A DNA stretch of 64,000 bases from Planctomycetota bacterium (GTDB taxonomy: Bacteria; Planctomycetota; SZUA-567; H5-PLA8). The stretch is taken from the NCBI GenBank assembly GCA_038227875.1, contig JBBRPR010000014.1, forward strand, positions 32,001-96,000, read 5' to 3'. Under the pieces are notes generated by a model. That model did not search any database and was not told the origin of the DNA. It saw only the letters and a program-made list of their open reading frames with translations. This document shows, piece after piece, positions 28,001 through 36,931 of the stretch (its first letter is position 1; each line of letters opens with the position of its first letter). The position numbers and the translations under genes were made by a program.

Positions 28001-29015
28001 GCTGCTGCCGCCGCGGCTGACCTACGCAACTTCCGGCGATAAATTCAACGGATCGCCGACGGTGAAGTGGGCGGGGATCGATGTCCAGCGGACGTGGCGC
28101 AGCGGCTGCCGCGGCAGCGTCGCGTCGGTCCTGATCGAAAAGCCCGCGTGCGGCGATTTTTTTCCGCTCGTCGACGGCGGCTTCAGCCTGCAATACAGCC
28201 CGCTGCTGGAATACCGCGAAGGGAAGGGGATGGTCCTCTTCTGCCAGCTTGACGTCAGCGGCCGCACCGAAAGCGATCCCGCCGCCGAAACCGTTGCGCG
28301 AAACATTCTTCAGTACGCCGCCGAGTGGAAACCCGCACCCGAGCGAACCGCCGTGTACGCCGGCGATCCCGCTGGACAGAAGCATCTCACCGCTGCTGGA
28401 TTCTCCTGCGCCGCGTTCGCCGCCGGAAAACTCGCGCCCAATTCGGTGCTCGTCGTCGGTCCCGGCGGCGGAAAAACTCTCGCCGCCAACGCCGCTGCCA
28501 TCGGCGACTGGCTCAAAGCCGGCGGTCACGTGCTGGCCATCGGTCTGGACGAAACCGACGCCAACGATTTCCTCCCGAATAAGGTAAGCATGAAGAAGGG
28601 TGAATACATCGGTGACGATTTCTCGCCTAGAAACATTCACTCCCCGCTGGCCGGCGTAGGACCTGCCGATATTCACGTCCGCGATGTTCGCGAGATTCCG
28701 CTGATAACCGGCGGCGCGAATGCGTTGGCCGGCGGCGTTCTCGCCACTGCCGAAAATGGGAGCGTCGTCTTCTCGCAACTCGTGCCGTGGAAGTACGAGT
28801 ACAAAATCCCGCAAGGCACCAAGCGGACCTTCCGCCGCACCGCGTTCCTGACCACGCGCCTGCTCGCCAACCTGGGCGTCGCCGCAACCACGCCGCTGCT
28901 CGCCCGCTTCCACGACCCCGTCCCCGCCGCCAAACCCGAAAAGCGCTGGCTGACCGGCCTATACCTGGACACGCCGGAAGAATGGGACGACCCCTACCGC
29001 GCGTTCGGGTGGTAG
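25092..29015 (+). CDS. secreted glycoside hydrolase family 2-like protein (sugar-binding, Ig and TIM-barrel domains plus C-terminal extension)
   Basis: Signal peptide; CLNGLW, AWYQRDFFVP, KLWD...P.TY, RFGFREF.IDG.DFYLNG, NHPAVVMY, PCEYG. Confidence 0.85.
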   Translation: MPRRSHLLALCVPLLALASARAQDQGNAPLPNGVSAVWDLEKAFRESTPTQERVCLNGLWLWQPAKPEKEETPPTTAWGWFKVPGPWPGGTSWIMANSQTLYPHPSWQDKFWGTNSAWYQRDFFVPKEWAGRRITLSAEYLNSFASVFVDGKRAGKMQFPGGEVDLTPLCQAAGKHVLALRVVAAPLREIAVLFNDTNTENSIKASVERRGLCGDVFLNAAPVAARIDDVKIDTSVRKGEITLDAVLQDLPAEGPYTLRAAITDHGKPVKEFTSAPFKKGDLKNGRFAFSEKWKAEKLWDTNTPQNTYDLQLSLLDSGGKVVDTALPRRFGFREFWIDGRDFYLNGTRIFLSVVPTALAQVATPFASYDTALESFKRLQTAGVNCVYTHNYGCDPGAHLSFTEVLRAADDAGMLVSFTQPHFGQYDWSAPDADQANGYARHAAFYVRAAQNHPAVVMYAMSHNATGYVEDCNPDQIGNGKPAPREQWASNNVKSALRAEAIVHALDPGRIVYHHSSGDLNAIYNINFYPNFAPVQELSDWFEPWAKNGVKPAFPCEYGAPCTWDFSMYRGWFKGKRTFGNAKVPWEFCLAEWKSQFYGDSAFHLEENEKTVLRSETKWLAEGREGWNRWDYPREKPVADFQDVAALYFIDNCRATRTWGLSACNTAWEFETAWLPRDDGKRPRKDLKTDWEHLQRPGFSPDFIELGRTDYAARRWDMSLDRADWTPTALGAAMLRNNQPLLGYIAGKAAHFTSKDHNFTPGESVEKQLIVLNNSRVTVSCECEWSLNLPKPLKGNQKVEVPTGDKQAVPIHIDLGADTPPDIYELSASFKFSNGQTQTGTFALHVLPSPPTLKIAAKIAVFDPSGAAGKWLSAMGVTAESVSATDDLSAYTVLVVGKSALTVEGAAPDITRVRDGLRVVIFEQTSAVLEQRFGFRVEEYGLRKVFRRVGNSPALGDVSNGYLRDWRGEATLLPPRLTYATSGDKFNGSPTVKWAGIDVQRTWRSGCRGSVASVLIEKPACGDFFPLVDGGFSLQYSPLLEYREGKGMVLFCQLDVSGRTESDPAAETVARNILQYAAEWKPAPERTAVYAGDPAGQKHLTAAGFSCAAFAAGKLAPNSVLVVGPGGGKTLAANAAAIGDWLKAGGHVLAIGLDETDANDFLPNKVSMKKGEYIGDDFSPRNIHSPLAGVGPADIHVRDVREIPLITGGANALAGGVLATAENGSVVFSQLVPWKYEYKIPQGTKRTFRRTAFLTTRLLANLGVAATTPLLARFHDPVPAAKPEKRWLTGLYLDTPEEWDDPYRAFGW

Positions 29016-29148
29016 AAAGTTCATCTGAACAATATCCAAAAAAACGTTCATTCAATCTGAATCCCAGCCATTTCCTCGCTGGCGCTGATCAGCGATAAGG
29101 GATATTCACATCTCCACCTGTCACCCGGCCCAAAGCCCGCGAGGTCTC

Positions 29149-31188
29149 ATGCCTTATTATCCGGTCAACACCCCTCTTCCTGAAGCCTGGCGCGGTATTC
29201 CCAAGCAGCATCCGCGGCTCTTCGGTTCGCTGGAACGACTCAAGCAACTGGCGCTCGCGCGGCCCGAGGCCTACCGCCGCACGCAGATCATCGCGCGCGA
29301 GAAGGGCGTCGACGACACGTCCGAGCCGGTGATGGAATCCCGCCTTGTCCACCGCGAGAACAAGCTCATCTCCATGGCGCTGGTCGCCGCGATTGATGGC
29401 GACGCGGCGCTCGCTCGGCGCACGGTGGACGTCTGCCTCGATTGGCACGTCGACCGCACGCCGCATCTCGGGCACACTGGCTGGGCCGGCGACATGGTCT
29501 CGTGCTCGCTGGTCTTCGATCTCTGTCACGAAGCGTGGACGCCGTCCGAACGGCTGCGCCTGTTCCGCTATTTCGGTGCGTGCCGCGATGCCAACATCAA
29601 CGAAGAGCCCTGTCCGTTTCACAACGGCTGGTACGCCATGCGCCACAACGGCTACGGCGCGGCGGGGCTGGCCACTATGCACGAATGGGAGCGCGCTCCG
29701 GCATTTCTGGCGGAAGTCGATCACGCGCTGAAAACGCTCGGCCATCCCGCGCTCGATTTCGCCGGCAACGGCGGCTGCTTCACCGAAGGCTTCTACACGC
29801 AGTACTGGATTGAAAGCTGGGTGATGTTCCTGGCGATGGTCCACCACGCTTCGGGTCTCGATCTGTTTGCCGCGTGTCCGTCGTTCTACAAAAATCGCGC
29901 CGTGGCCAGCATGTTCGAATGCTACCCGGGCCTGCAGGAACGCGGTTCGCGCCGGGGCGTCGCGTTTGGCGATGCCGGCGGCCGCTACTTCGGCCACCAG
30001 CGCGAACGCGACCGCAATCGCACCGCGCGCAACATCCTGATCAATCACTTCCGCGACGATGCCGATCACCAATCCGTCGCCAGTTTTCAGGACACCAGTC
30101 CCGGCTGCGGCGCCGATGAGAGCGCCTGGAAAGATTTCATGTTCGCCGACGCCACCGTGCCGCGCCGCGATCACAAAAAATTCAAGCTCTCCCACTTCGG
30201 CCGCGGAGCCGGCATGGTCCACGCGCGCAGTTCGTGGGAAGAAGATGCGACTTACTTCGCCTTCAAATGCGCGGGCCGTTTCTCCGGCCACGAACACCTC
30301 GACAACGGTCACTTCTACATCGTGAAGCACAAAGAGCTGGCCACGCGCAGCGGCCAGTACTACGAATTCGGCGGCGAACACGACGTCAACTTTCACTGCC
30401 GTTCGATCGCGCACAACACGATGCTGATCCACGACCCATCAGAAGTCTTTCCCTTCTTCTTAAAGGGCTACCCCGGCTGGCCGGCCAACGACGGCGGCCA
30501 GGCGTGGCCGTGGGTCGGCACGCCGTTCCGGCACAACGGCTGGGCCGAGAGCAAAGAGATGTGGCTTGAGCACCGTGAACTCGGCGACACCGGCCGCATG
30601 ACCGCGTACCACGACGCCGGGCCGTGGCTCTACACCGGCGGCGACCTGACGCGCGCGTACTCCGCGAAGAAACTCAAGGTGTTCACGCGGCAGATCGTCT
30701 TCATCCGACCGGGAACGTTCGTCGTCTTCGACCGCGTCGAATCGACCGATCCGTCGTTCAAAAAAACGTGGCTGCTCCACGCCGCGAAACCGCCGAGCGT
30801 AGCGAACGGCCGCCTGACCATCGCGCACGGACTCGGTCGCTTGACCGTCGACCCGCTGCTGCCGGCCAATCCGCTCGTCACGGTCAACACGGGTGAAGAC
30901 CAGTACACGTACGGCGGCCGCCGTTTCATTCCCGCGCGCAGCGTCGGACCGTGCGCGGAGTGCCGCATTGATATCTCCCCGCGCACACCGGCCACGTTCG
31001 ATTATTTCCTGAACGTGCTGACCGCCGACGACGCAAACACGCCAGCTCCGGCCGCGGCCACGGTGGTGGAACACTCCGATCGCGTCGAAGTCTCCGTCGC
31101 CGGCGCGGTGATCACATTTACCCGCGCTGCGTTTGGCGGCTCCATCAAGATCGGCGGAAAGGAAACCTCGCTGCCGGCCCTTTCGTAG
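29149..31188 (+). CDS. heparinase II/III-like polysaccharide lyase, no signal peptide
   Basis: HPRLF, EGFY, FGD, ARSSW, GHEHLDNGHFYI, RSIAHNTMLI, DGGQ, VVFDRV, KKTWLLH. Confidence 0.8.
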   Translation: MPYYPVNTPLPEAWRGIPKQHPRLFGSLERLKQLALARPEAYRRTQIIAREKGVDDTSEPVMESRLVHRENKLISMALVAAIDGDAALARRTVDVCLDWHVDRTPHLGHTGWAGDMVSCSLVFDLCHEAWTPSERLRLFRYFGACRDANINEEPCPFHNGWYAMRHNGYGAAGLATMHEWERAPAFLAEVDHALKTLGHPALDFAGNGGCFTEGFYTQYWIESWVMFLAMVHHASGLDLFAACPSFYKNRAVASMFECYPGLQERGSRRGVAFGDAGGRYFGHQRERDRNRTARNILINHFRDDADHQSVASFQDTSPGCGADESAWKDFMFADATVPRRDHKKFKLSHFGRGAGMVHARSSWEEDATYFAFKCAGRFSGHEHLDNGHFYIVKHKELATRSGQYYEFGGEHDVNFHCRSIAHNTMLIHDPSEVFPFFLKGYPGWPANDGGQAWPWVGTPFRHNGWAESKEMWLEHRELGDTGRMTAYHDAGPWLYTGGDLTRAYSAKKLKVFTRQIVFIRPGTFVVFDRVESTDPSFKKTWLLHAAKPPSVANGRLTIAHGLGRLTVDPLLPANPLVTVNTGEDQYTYGGRRFIPARSVGPCAECRIDISPRTPATFDYFLNVLTADDANTPAPAAATVVEHSDRVEVSVAGAVITFTRAAFGGSIKIGGKETSLPALS

Positions 31189-31207
31189 TCCGGGCGGTTC
31201 GCCCGGT
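31185..31207 (+). repeat. third, degenerate GTAG REP copy overlapping a stop codon
   Basis: GTAGTCCGGGCGGTTCGCCCGGT; its TAG is the stop codon of the lyase gene. Confidence 0.6.
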
Positions 31208-31243
31208 ATCTCAAACCACGCAGTGAGACGGATTCGCCCCGAC

Positions 31244-33778
31244 TCAAAAATCTCCGTTCCCCGCTTGCGGGGGACGGTTGCGAGCGGCGAACTTTTCCAG
31301 CGCGGTGATGATCTTCTCCCGCTCGGCCAGTCGGGTGCAGCTCAAGTATGGGCGCAGGGAACTCGCTGCGATGGGGGCCATCCAGTTTTTTGGAGCCTCG
31401 GTGAGAAATCCGATCAGGGCGTCGACGGCCCGGGTATTTCCGTGTCGCGACAAGGTCATCGCCGCGTTCCAGCGAGTGGAAAGATCGCCGTGGCTTAGCG
31501 CGTTTTCGACAGCGTCCAGCGACCGCGGCGTGCGCAGTGCCTCCAGCGCCTGCACCGCCAACTGGGTCTGCGCGGGATCGGTGCTTTTCATCATTTCAAG
31601 CAACATGCTTTCCGTGCGTTCGTCGCGAATTTCGCCCAGCGCCCGGACGAAGTAGTGCGTCGCGGTGGTGGTCTTCGCCAAACGCGAATAATTGTCCAGC
31701 ACGTAAGTTACCGCCTCGTCGGTGCGCACGGCGGCGAGCGTTTCGAACGCGCTCTGTCGCGCTGCCGAATCGGGTTGCGTGTCGATAAAGCGGATCAGAT
31801 CTTTTGCGGCATGGGGATGATCGCAATTTGCGAATGCCCAGGTTGCGTTCTCGGCTACTTTCGCGTCTTTGGAATTATTGAGCAGTTCCAACAAAGCCGC
31901 ATAAGCCAGATCGCGCGACGGTCCGCGCACAAAGGACAGCACGGTGGCGGCGTTGCACTTTTCGGCGCTGCTCCCCTTGTCCAGGATGCGCTGCAATTCC
32001 GTTTGAATCTTTTCATAGGGGTAAGCGGCAATGGCGGCGCCTTCGTTGGTAAAGAAGTAGCTCCGATCCAGCAGCTTGAGAAGTTTCTTCAACGCTTCAT
32101 CACTGGGATTCATCCGTGCGTAGTCGGCGGCAAAGTATCGAACGTTCTCATTCTTGTTGCCAATAAGCGGAAGCATGGCTGCTTTGGCCGAGGGCGAATC
32201 GTAATGTTGGAGCATCTCGGCCGCCGCTTCACATTCAGCGTCATCGGTGCCGGAAAGCATGCCGATCAGCACTTTTTCAGCCCCTGGATCGCGCGTGGCG
32301 CCGAGCAGTTGCAGCCACGCGGCGCGATATTCGCCCGCGGGCGGATTTTCGGCGATCAGGCGGGCGGCCAGACCCTCAGGCACGCCCGTGTAGTAAAGCG
32401 TGTCGCGAAAATTCGCGAGGCTGAACACCGCCCATTTTCGGACCTCCGCATCCGGATCCTTCAGCGCTGACAACAGCAGCGCACAACCGCGCGGATCGGC
32501 CACGGCGCCGAGCGAACAGACCGTCTCGCGGCGCATGTTCACGTCGGCGTCGCGCATTTTCGTTTCGAATTCATCCCACTGCGCGGCGGGGAGCGTCTTC
32601 CAGACCAGCACCGCGTCGGCGCGAACTTCGAACGTTACTTTTGTTTCGCGGGCGAACGCCGCGAGGACTTCACGGACGGGAGTCTGTCGCGCGGAAAAAG
32701 TCACGAAGGGATACCGCGCCGAAATCGGTGCGGCCCATTTCAACCCGGCGACCTGCTTGAGCTGATCGAGCGCTTGAACGAGCAAATCACGACGCCAGAC
32801 CTTGTCGATTTTCGTGTCGAGAATCGCGTTGAGCCTGGCGTCGGCCTTGCCGAATGGGTCGGCAGCGCCGAGCGACGGCGATGTGGGCGCGTCGCCGCCG
32901 GCAGTGACGGGAACGGGAGCTCCGCCGTGTGGAACTCTCCGGCGCATCAGGTTCGTGCGCCCCACCAGGAAACTCGCGAGGAACAGCGTGGCCAGGACGC
33001 CAATGACCAGTTTCGCGGCGGAACCCTTGGCGGTCACGGCTGAGACCGCCTTCGCCGCCTTCGCCGCCTTCGCCGCGTGGGCTGCCTGGGCGGATTTCAA
33101 GGTGGCCAGCAGTTTCGGTGGCGCGTTTTCGAGCGGCACCTGGCTCAGCAGTTCCGGCAGGCCGGCCACGGCAGCGGAAAATCCGGCCGCCGTCAGCGCG
33201 TCGCGGAGCTGCTCCAGACCGCGGCTGATCTGGCTGCGGATCGTTTTTTCGGGAATGTTCAGCACCGTGGAAATATCGGCGATCGAAAAGCCGTCCAGGT
33301 GATGCATCACGATCGGCGTGCGGTAAAGCGCCGGCAGCGCCTGCACGCCGCGGCACGCCGCCTGCACCAATTCCGCGCGCTCCGGATCGGCTGCCCCGGC
33401 TGGCGTTCGCGCGCCGGCAGATTCCTGTTCGCGAGCGCGGCGGCTGGTGTCGCTGCGCAGTTTCATCCGCGCGGCATTGGCAACAATGGTCATGATCCAC
33501 CCCCTCAGATTGTTTTGATCCGGGCGGAGGTTGTGATCCTGGCGTGCGAGAATCTGGACGAACGCGCTCTGGACGATCTCTTCGGCATCGGCCGAATTTC
33601 CAGAGATCGAGAGCGCCAGCCGATAGGCGGGGTGGACGTGGCGGGCGAAGAGCGCATCCATGGCCGCGCGGTCGCCGGTTGCGCCGAAGCGCCGGAAGAG
33701 CACCTCATCCGATTCGCCCGACGCGGTGGATTCCGGCGCGTGATTCATAACGCTCACCCATAACCCCATACTCGGCAT
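31244..33778 (-). CDS. ECF sigma factor fused to a TM helix, an STN-like domain and HEAT repeats
   Basis: DAEEIVQSAF, LRGWIMTIVAN, LPALYRTPIVMHHLDG..IS..L..PEKTIRSQISRG; TM helix LVIGVLATLFLASFLV; many HEAT units; GGAGG RBS. Confidence 0.85.
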   Translation of the reverse strand: MPSMGLWVSVMNHAPESTASGESDEVLFRRFGATGDRAAMDALFARHVHPAYRLALSISGNSADAEEIVQSAFVQILARQDHNLRPDQNNLRGWIMTIVANAARMKLRSDTSRRAREQESAGARTPAGAADPERAELVQAACRGVQALPALYRTPIVMHHLDGFSIADISTVLNIPEKTIRSQISRGLEQLRDALTAAGFSAAVAGLPELLSQVPLENAPPKLLATLKSAQAAHAAKAAKAAKAVSAVTAKGSAAKLVIGVLATLFLASFLVGRTNLMRRRVPHGGAPVPVTAGGDAPTSPSLGAADPFGKADARLNAILDTKIDKVWRRDLLVQALDQLKQVAGLKWAAPISARYPFVTFSARQTPVREVLAAFARETKVTFEVRADAVLVWKTLPAAQWDEFETKMRDADVNMRRETVCSLGAVADPRGCALLLSALKDPDAEVRKWAVFSLANFRDTLYYTGVPEGLAARLIAENPPAGEYRAAWLQLLGATRDPGAEKVLIGMLSGTDDAECEAAAEMLQHYDSPSAKAAMLPLIGNKNENVRYFAADYARMNPSDEALKKLLKLLDRSYFFTNEGAAIAAYPYEKIQTELQRILDKGSSAEKCNAATVLSFVRGPSRDLAYAALLELLNNSKDAKVAENATWAFANCDHPHAAKDLIRFIDTQPDSAARQSAFETLAAVRTDEAVTYVLDNYSRLAKTTTATHYFVRALGEIRDERTESMLLEMMKSTDPAQTQLAVQALEALRTPRSLDAVENALSHGDLSTRWNAAMTLSRHGNTRAVDALIGFLTEAPKNWMAPIAASSLRPYLSCTRLAEREKIITALEKFAARNRPPQAGNGDF

Positions 33779-33860
33779 TGATCAAGCCTCCACTTTCGAA
33801 GAGAACAATGCAGTGGAGGGTCCGCTTGCCGCACGAATTTCGAAAATTCTTTTAAAGACA

Positions 33861-33906
33861 TAAACCCGGACCGCCCAGCGTCTGCGTCGCGCCAGGGCGG
33901 TCCGGG
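33861..33906 (-). terminator. probable terminator downstream of the ParB-like gene
   Basis: 12-bp arms CCCGGACCGCCC/GGGCGGTCCGGG followed by a U-rich tract on the minus strand. Confidence 0.5.
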
Positions 33907-33916
33907 AACCAGCACT

Positions 33917-34984
33917 TCACGCGAGTAGACGCGTGAAGTAGACGCCGCGGTCGAGCAACTGCTGGAGGTACTCGGCGTTGGCGATCGTGACGGCTTCGTC
34001 GCGCCAGTTGAGCTCGGAAAGTTCCACCACGAATCCGCGCTCGTGCATCCGTATTTGGGCGTTGAGGCATTGGAAGCGATCGAGCAGCCGGCGGTGTTCC
34101 TCCGGCTCGTCCTCGACGCTCCATTTCCGCCTGGGCGCCGGTGCGGGGACCGGTTTCCGCAGCGCCTTCGCCAACTCGCTTTTGCTCAGCGCGAGGAGGC
34201 GGAGTTGCTCCGGGTGGGGGAGGGCTGCGATCTTGGCGGCGGGGACCACCGTGATCACGCCTTGATCCACGCGGGAGATCAACTCCGGAACGCCTTTCTG
34301 CAGGACAATGCAAGCACGCGAAACACTCCTGCCGGAAATGTTGAGACATTTGCCTGCATGCTCGCGAGCTTGTCGACCTTCAGGGGAGGACTCAGGACTC
34401 AAGTCCTGAGTCCCCTCAACCTTTCTTAGGTGCTCTTTCTTCTGCACTTCCGCCTCAAAATGCGGCAACATGCGCGCGGCCACCATCGCGCGCTGATTTT
34501 CCTTGAGGTGCCGTCGCCGCAGGTTGACCGAGATGACGAACTCGAGCAGCGAGCCTTGGCCGTCCCATTCGCGCGTTTTGGGTGTGAGGCCCAGTTCCTT
34601 GCACGCGCGGAGGCGGTGGCGTCCGTCGATGACTTTGCCGTTCCACGTCCAGATGGCCTCGAGCTGGCCCCGTTCGCGGATGTCGGCGACGAGCGCCGCA
34701 TAATCGGCCTCGCGCATCAACGGAAAGATCGCCGCCGTCTCGTGCACTCCTTCGACAGGCTCAGGACGGGCCCCTTCGACAGGCTCAGGGCAAGCCCCGT
34801 CGATAGGCTCAGGGCTGATTCCCCTTACTGGCGGCGGGCTGGCCCAGGGATCCGGCTCCGGGCCAACGGACTGTTGCGCCTGCGGGGCAGGCATGGCTAG
34901 AGGCTCAGTGCGAGCCCCTTCGGCCAGCACAGGGCTGGCCCCTTCAATAAGCTCATGGCGAGCTTCGTGGTGAGGGCGGTCCAT
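33917..34984 (-). CDS. ParB/Srx N-terminal domain protein with HTH and repeat-derived N-terminus
   Basis: LVADIRERGQLEAI, IDGRHRLRAC, SVNLRRRHL..QRA, HTH AGKCLNISGRSVSRA; AGGAGG RBS upstream of 34984. Confidence 0.8.
   Translation of the reverse strand: MDRPHHEARHELIEGASPVLAEGARTEPLAMPAPQAQQSVGPEPDPWASPPPVRGISPEPIDGACPEPVEGARPEPVEGVHETAAIFPLMREADYAALVADIRERGQLEAIWTWNGKVIDGRHRLRACKELGLTPKTREWDGQGSLLEFVISVNLRRRHLKENQRAMVAARMLPHFEAEVQKKEHLRKVEGTQDLSPESSPEGRQAREHAGKCLNISGRSVSRACIVLQKGVPELISRVDQGVITVVPAAKIAALPHPEQLRLLALSKSELAKALRKPVPAPAPRRKWSVEDEPEEHRRLLDRFQCLNAQIRMHERGFVVELSELNWRDEAVTIANAEYLQQLLDRGVYFTRLLA
34750..34965. repeat. degenerate 24-bp tandem array of CTTCGACAGGCTCAGG-type REP units inside the CDS
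   Basis: Units at 34750, 34774, 34798 and again at 34894, 34918, 34942 are all in one 24-bp register. Confidence 0.75.
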
Positions 34985-35320
34985 GGCGGACTACCTCCTG
35001 ACAAGAGTGGTCTTCATCTGAAGAACCGAGTTACTAGAGTATACGCCTAAGATAATACTAAATTCAATAAAAAACCGAGAAAATATGTTTCAATTTTGCC
35101 GGCGCGTTCATAAATTAAACTTCTTACCGGGTTTACGATCTAAAATTTTTATGCATCGAGACCCCACGATTGCGCTCTTTCCAGCTACCTCTTTCCGCCT
35201 TGATTATCGCGTCCCGCCGGTGATACACCCGTATGCTCCATTCTTTGAGTTTCGGTAAAATAGGTGTATTGGATTGTACGTTTACGTTGTATTCGCCGTT
35301 CCAAGTTTGAGGTCGTCCCC

Positions 35321-36853
35321 ATGAATCGGTGTGCGCGGATACTGCTGGCGGGTTTGCTGTTTGGGCTGGGCTGCAGCGCCCCGGCCAGCGAGCCGGTGTT
35401 GCTGGGAGCGTCCACGTTCGCGCCGTCGGCCGACCACCCCGTCGGCTGGCGCGGCGATTGGACGGGGAAATATCCGGGCGCCACGCCGCCTCTGGAATGG
35501 TCAATCGGCAAGGATTTGAAGGGAAAAAATATCGCCTGGGCCACGCAACTTCCGGTGTACTGCGGCGGCAGCGGCGCTTCGGCGCCGATCGTGGTGGGTG
35601 AGCGGATTTATTTCTGCTTCGCGTCGAAGGACGCCGGACTGGGGCCGGTCAGTCTCTGCTGCATCAACAGCACGGATGGGAAGATTCTGTGGATCCGGGG
35701 ACTCACGTGTTACGACGTCGCGCCGGACGAGGACCGCAAGAAAGTCGCCGCTGCCGTCGATCCGCTGCGCGCGACGCTGGAGAAAAACACGCTCGCGCTG
35801 GTCGATGCGCTCAACAAGCGCACCGCCAACGCCGGTGACTGGCACAAGAATGCCGTCGGTCAGTACATCGACGCGGGGTGGGGGATCAACGCGCAGTTCG
35901 CCACCGTCGATCGCTCCCGCTACAAGATGGGCGATCGCAACGACTGGGGCTATGCCTCCGCGGCGCCGTGCAGCGACGGAAAATTCATCTATGTCTGGTT
36001 CTCCAACCGCATCGGCGCGTGTTTCGATCTCGATGGAAAATTGATCTGGGCGACGATGGAACCGACCGCCGTGCGCGGCGCCGGCGAACACGGCAGCCAC
36101 GCCTCACCGGTGCTGCTGCCCGACCGCTTCGTGGTGATGTACGGGACGCTGGTCCAGGCGCTGGACAAGAAGACCGGCAAGGTGCTGTGGACGTCGGAAG
36201 CCGAAGGTTCGTGGGGCCTGCCGCAGAGTTCGCTGACGGCCACGAAACTTTCCGACTGCTACCTGATTCTCGTGGCGCAGGGCCAGGGACTCCGCGCCGA
36301 CACCGGCGTTTCCTTGTGGGGAAAATTTGGCGGCTATGCCGGCGAAAACACCACACCCGTGGTCGAAAACGGCACGCTCGCCACGTACGAACGCAGTGGC
36401 ATCAGCACGTTCAAGCTGCCCACGGCCATCGCGGGCGGAACGATCACGCCGACGGCCGCGTACAAATTCGCCACGCAGTTCGTCGACTACCAGATCGCTT
36501 CACCGCTGGTTTACGACGGACTGGTTTACTGCGTCAACGAAACCGGCAAGCTCCGCGTCTTCGATCCGGCGGAGAAAGGCACGCTGCTCTACGAACAGCA
36601 ACTGGAGCTGAAAGGCGAGCACGGTTGGGTCGGCGCGCCGGGCGTGAGCGCCAGTCCGGCCATCGCGGGGAAAAATCTGTATGTGATGGACAACCAGGGC
36701 ACGGTGGTGGTGCTGGAACCCGGCCGCACGTACAAGCCGCTGGCGCACAACGTCAGCGAAGCCGGCGACCAGATGGTCGTCTCGCCGGTCTTCAGCGGCA
36801 AGCGCGTGATCATGCGCGGGCAGCAGAACATTTACTGTGTCACCGCGCCTTAG
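35321..36853 (+). CDS. secreted PQQ-binding-like beta-propeller protein
   Basis: GWRG..TG, NIAW.T.LP, SAPIVVG, CFDLDGKLIW, ASPV, ALDKKTGKVLW, ASPAIAG, SPVFSG; signal peptide. Confidence 0.85.
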   Translation: MNRCARILLAGLLFGLGCSAPASEPVLLGASTFAPSADHPVGWRGDWTGKYPGATPPLEWSIGKDLKGKNIAWATQLPVYCGGSGASAPIVVGERIYFCFASKDAGLGPVSLCCINSTDGKILWIRGLTCYDVAPDEDRKKVAAAVDPLRATLEKNTLALVDALNKRTANAGDWHKNAVGQYIDAGWGINAQFATVDRSRYKMGDRNDWGYASAAPCSDGKFIYVWFSNRIGACFDLDGKLIWATMEPTAVRGAGEHGSHASPVLLPDRFVVMYGTLVQALDKKTGKVLWTSEAEGSWGLPQSSLTATKLSDCYLILVAQGQGLRADTGVSLWGKFGGYAGENTTPVVENGTLATYERSGISTFKLPTAIAGGTITPTAAYKFATQFVDYQIASPLVYDGLVYCVNETGKLRVFDPAEKGTLLYEQQLELKGEHGWVGAPGVSASPAIAGKNLYVMDNQGTVVVLEPGRTYKPLAHNVSEAGDQMVVSPVFSGKRVIMRGQQNIYCVTAP

Positions 36854-36931
36854 CCTTTTTGAAAGCGTTCGCCTCTTGATCTTTCGCTTTTCACGCCGTA
36901 GCGTCAGCGGAAGACCTCAAGGAAGAATCCC

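Noticed and set aside
34750..34965. Possible CRISPR array
   Set aside because: 24-bp period with no unique spacers of CRISPR length and no cas genes; it is a tandem REP-like array.
33917..35320. Prophage or plasmid partition locus
   Set aside because: No parA, integrase, replication or structural genes and no att-like repeats seen.
35321..35380. Lipoprotein signal in the beta-propeller protein
   Set aside because: GLGC fits the lipobox poorly; an ordinary signal peptide is equally plausible.
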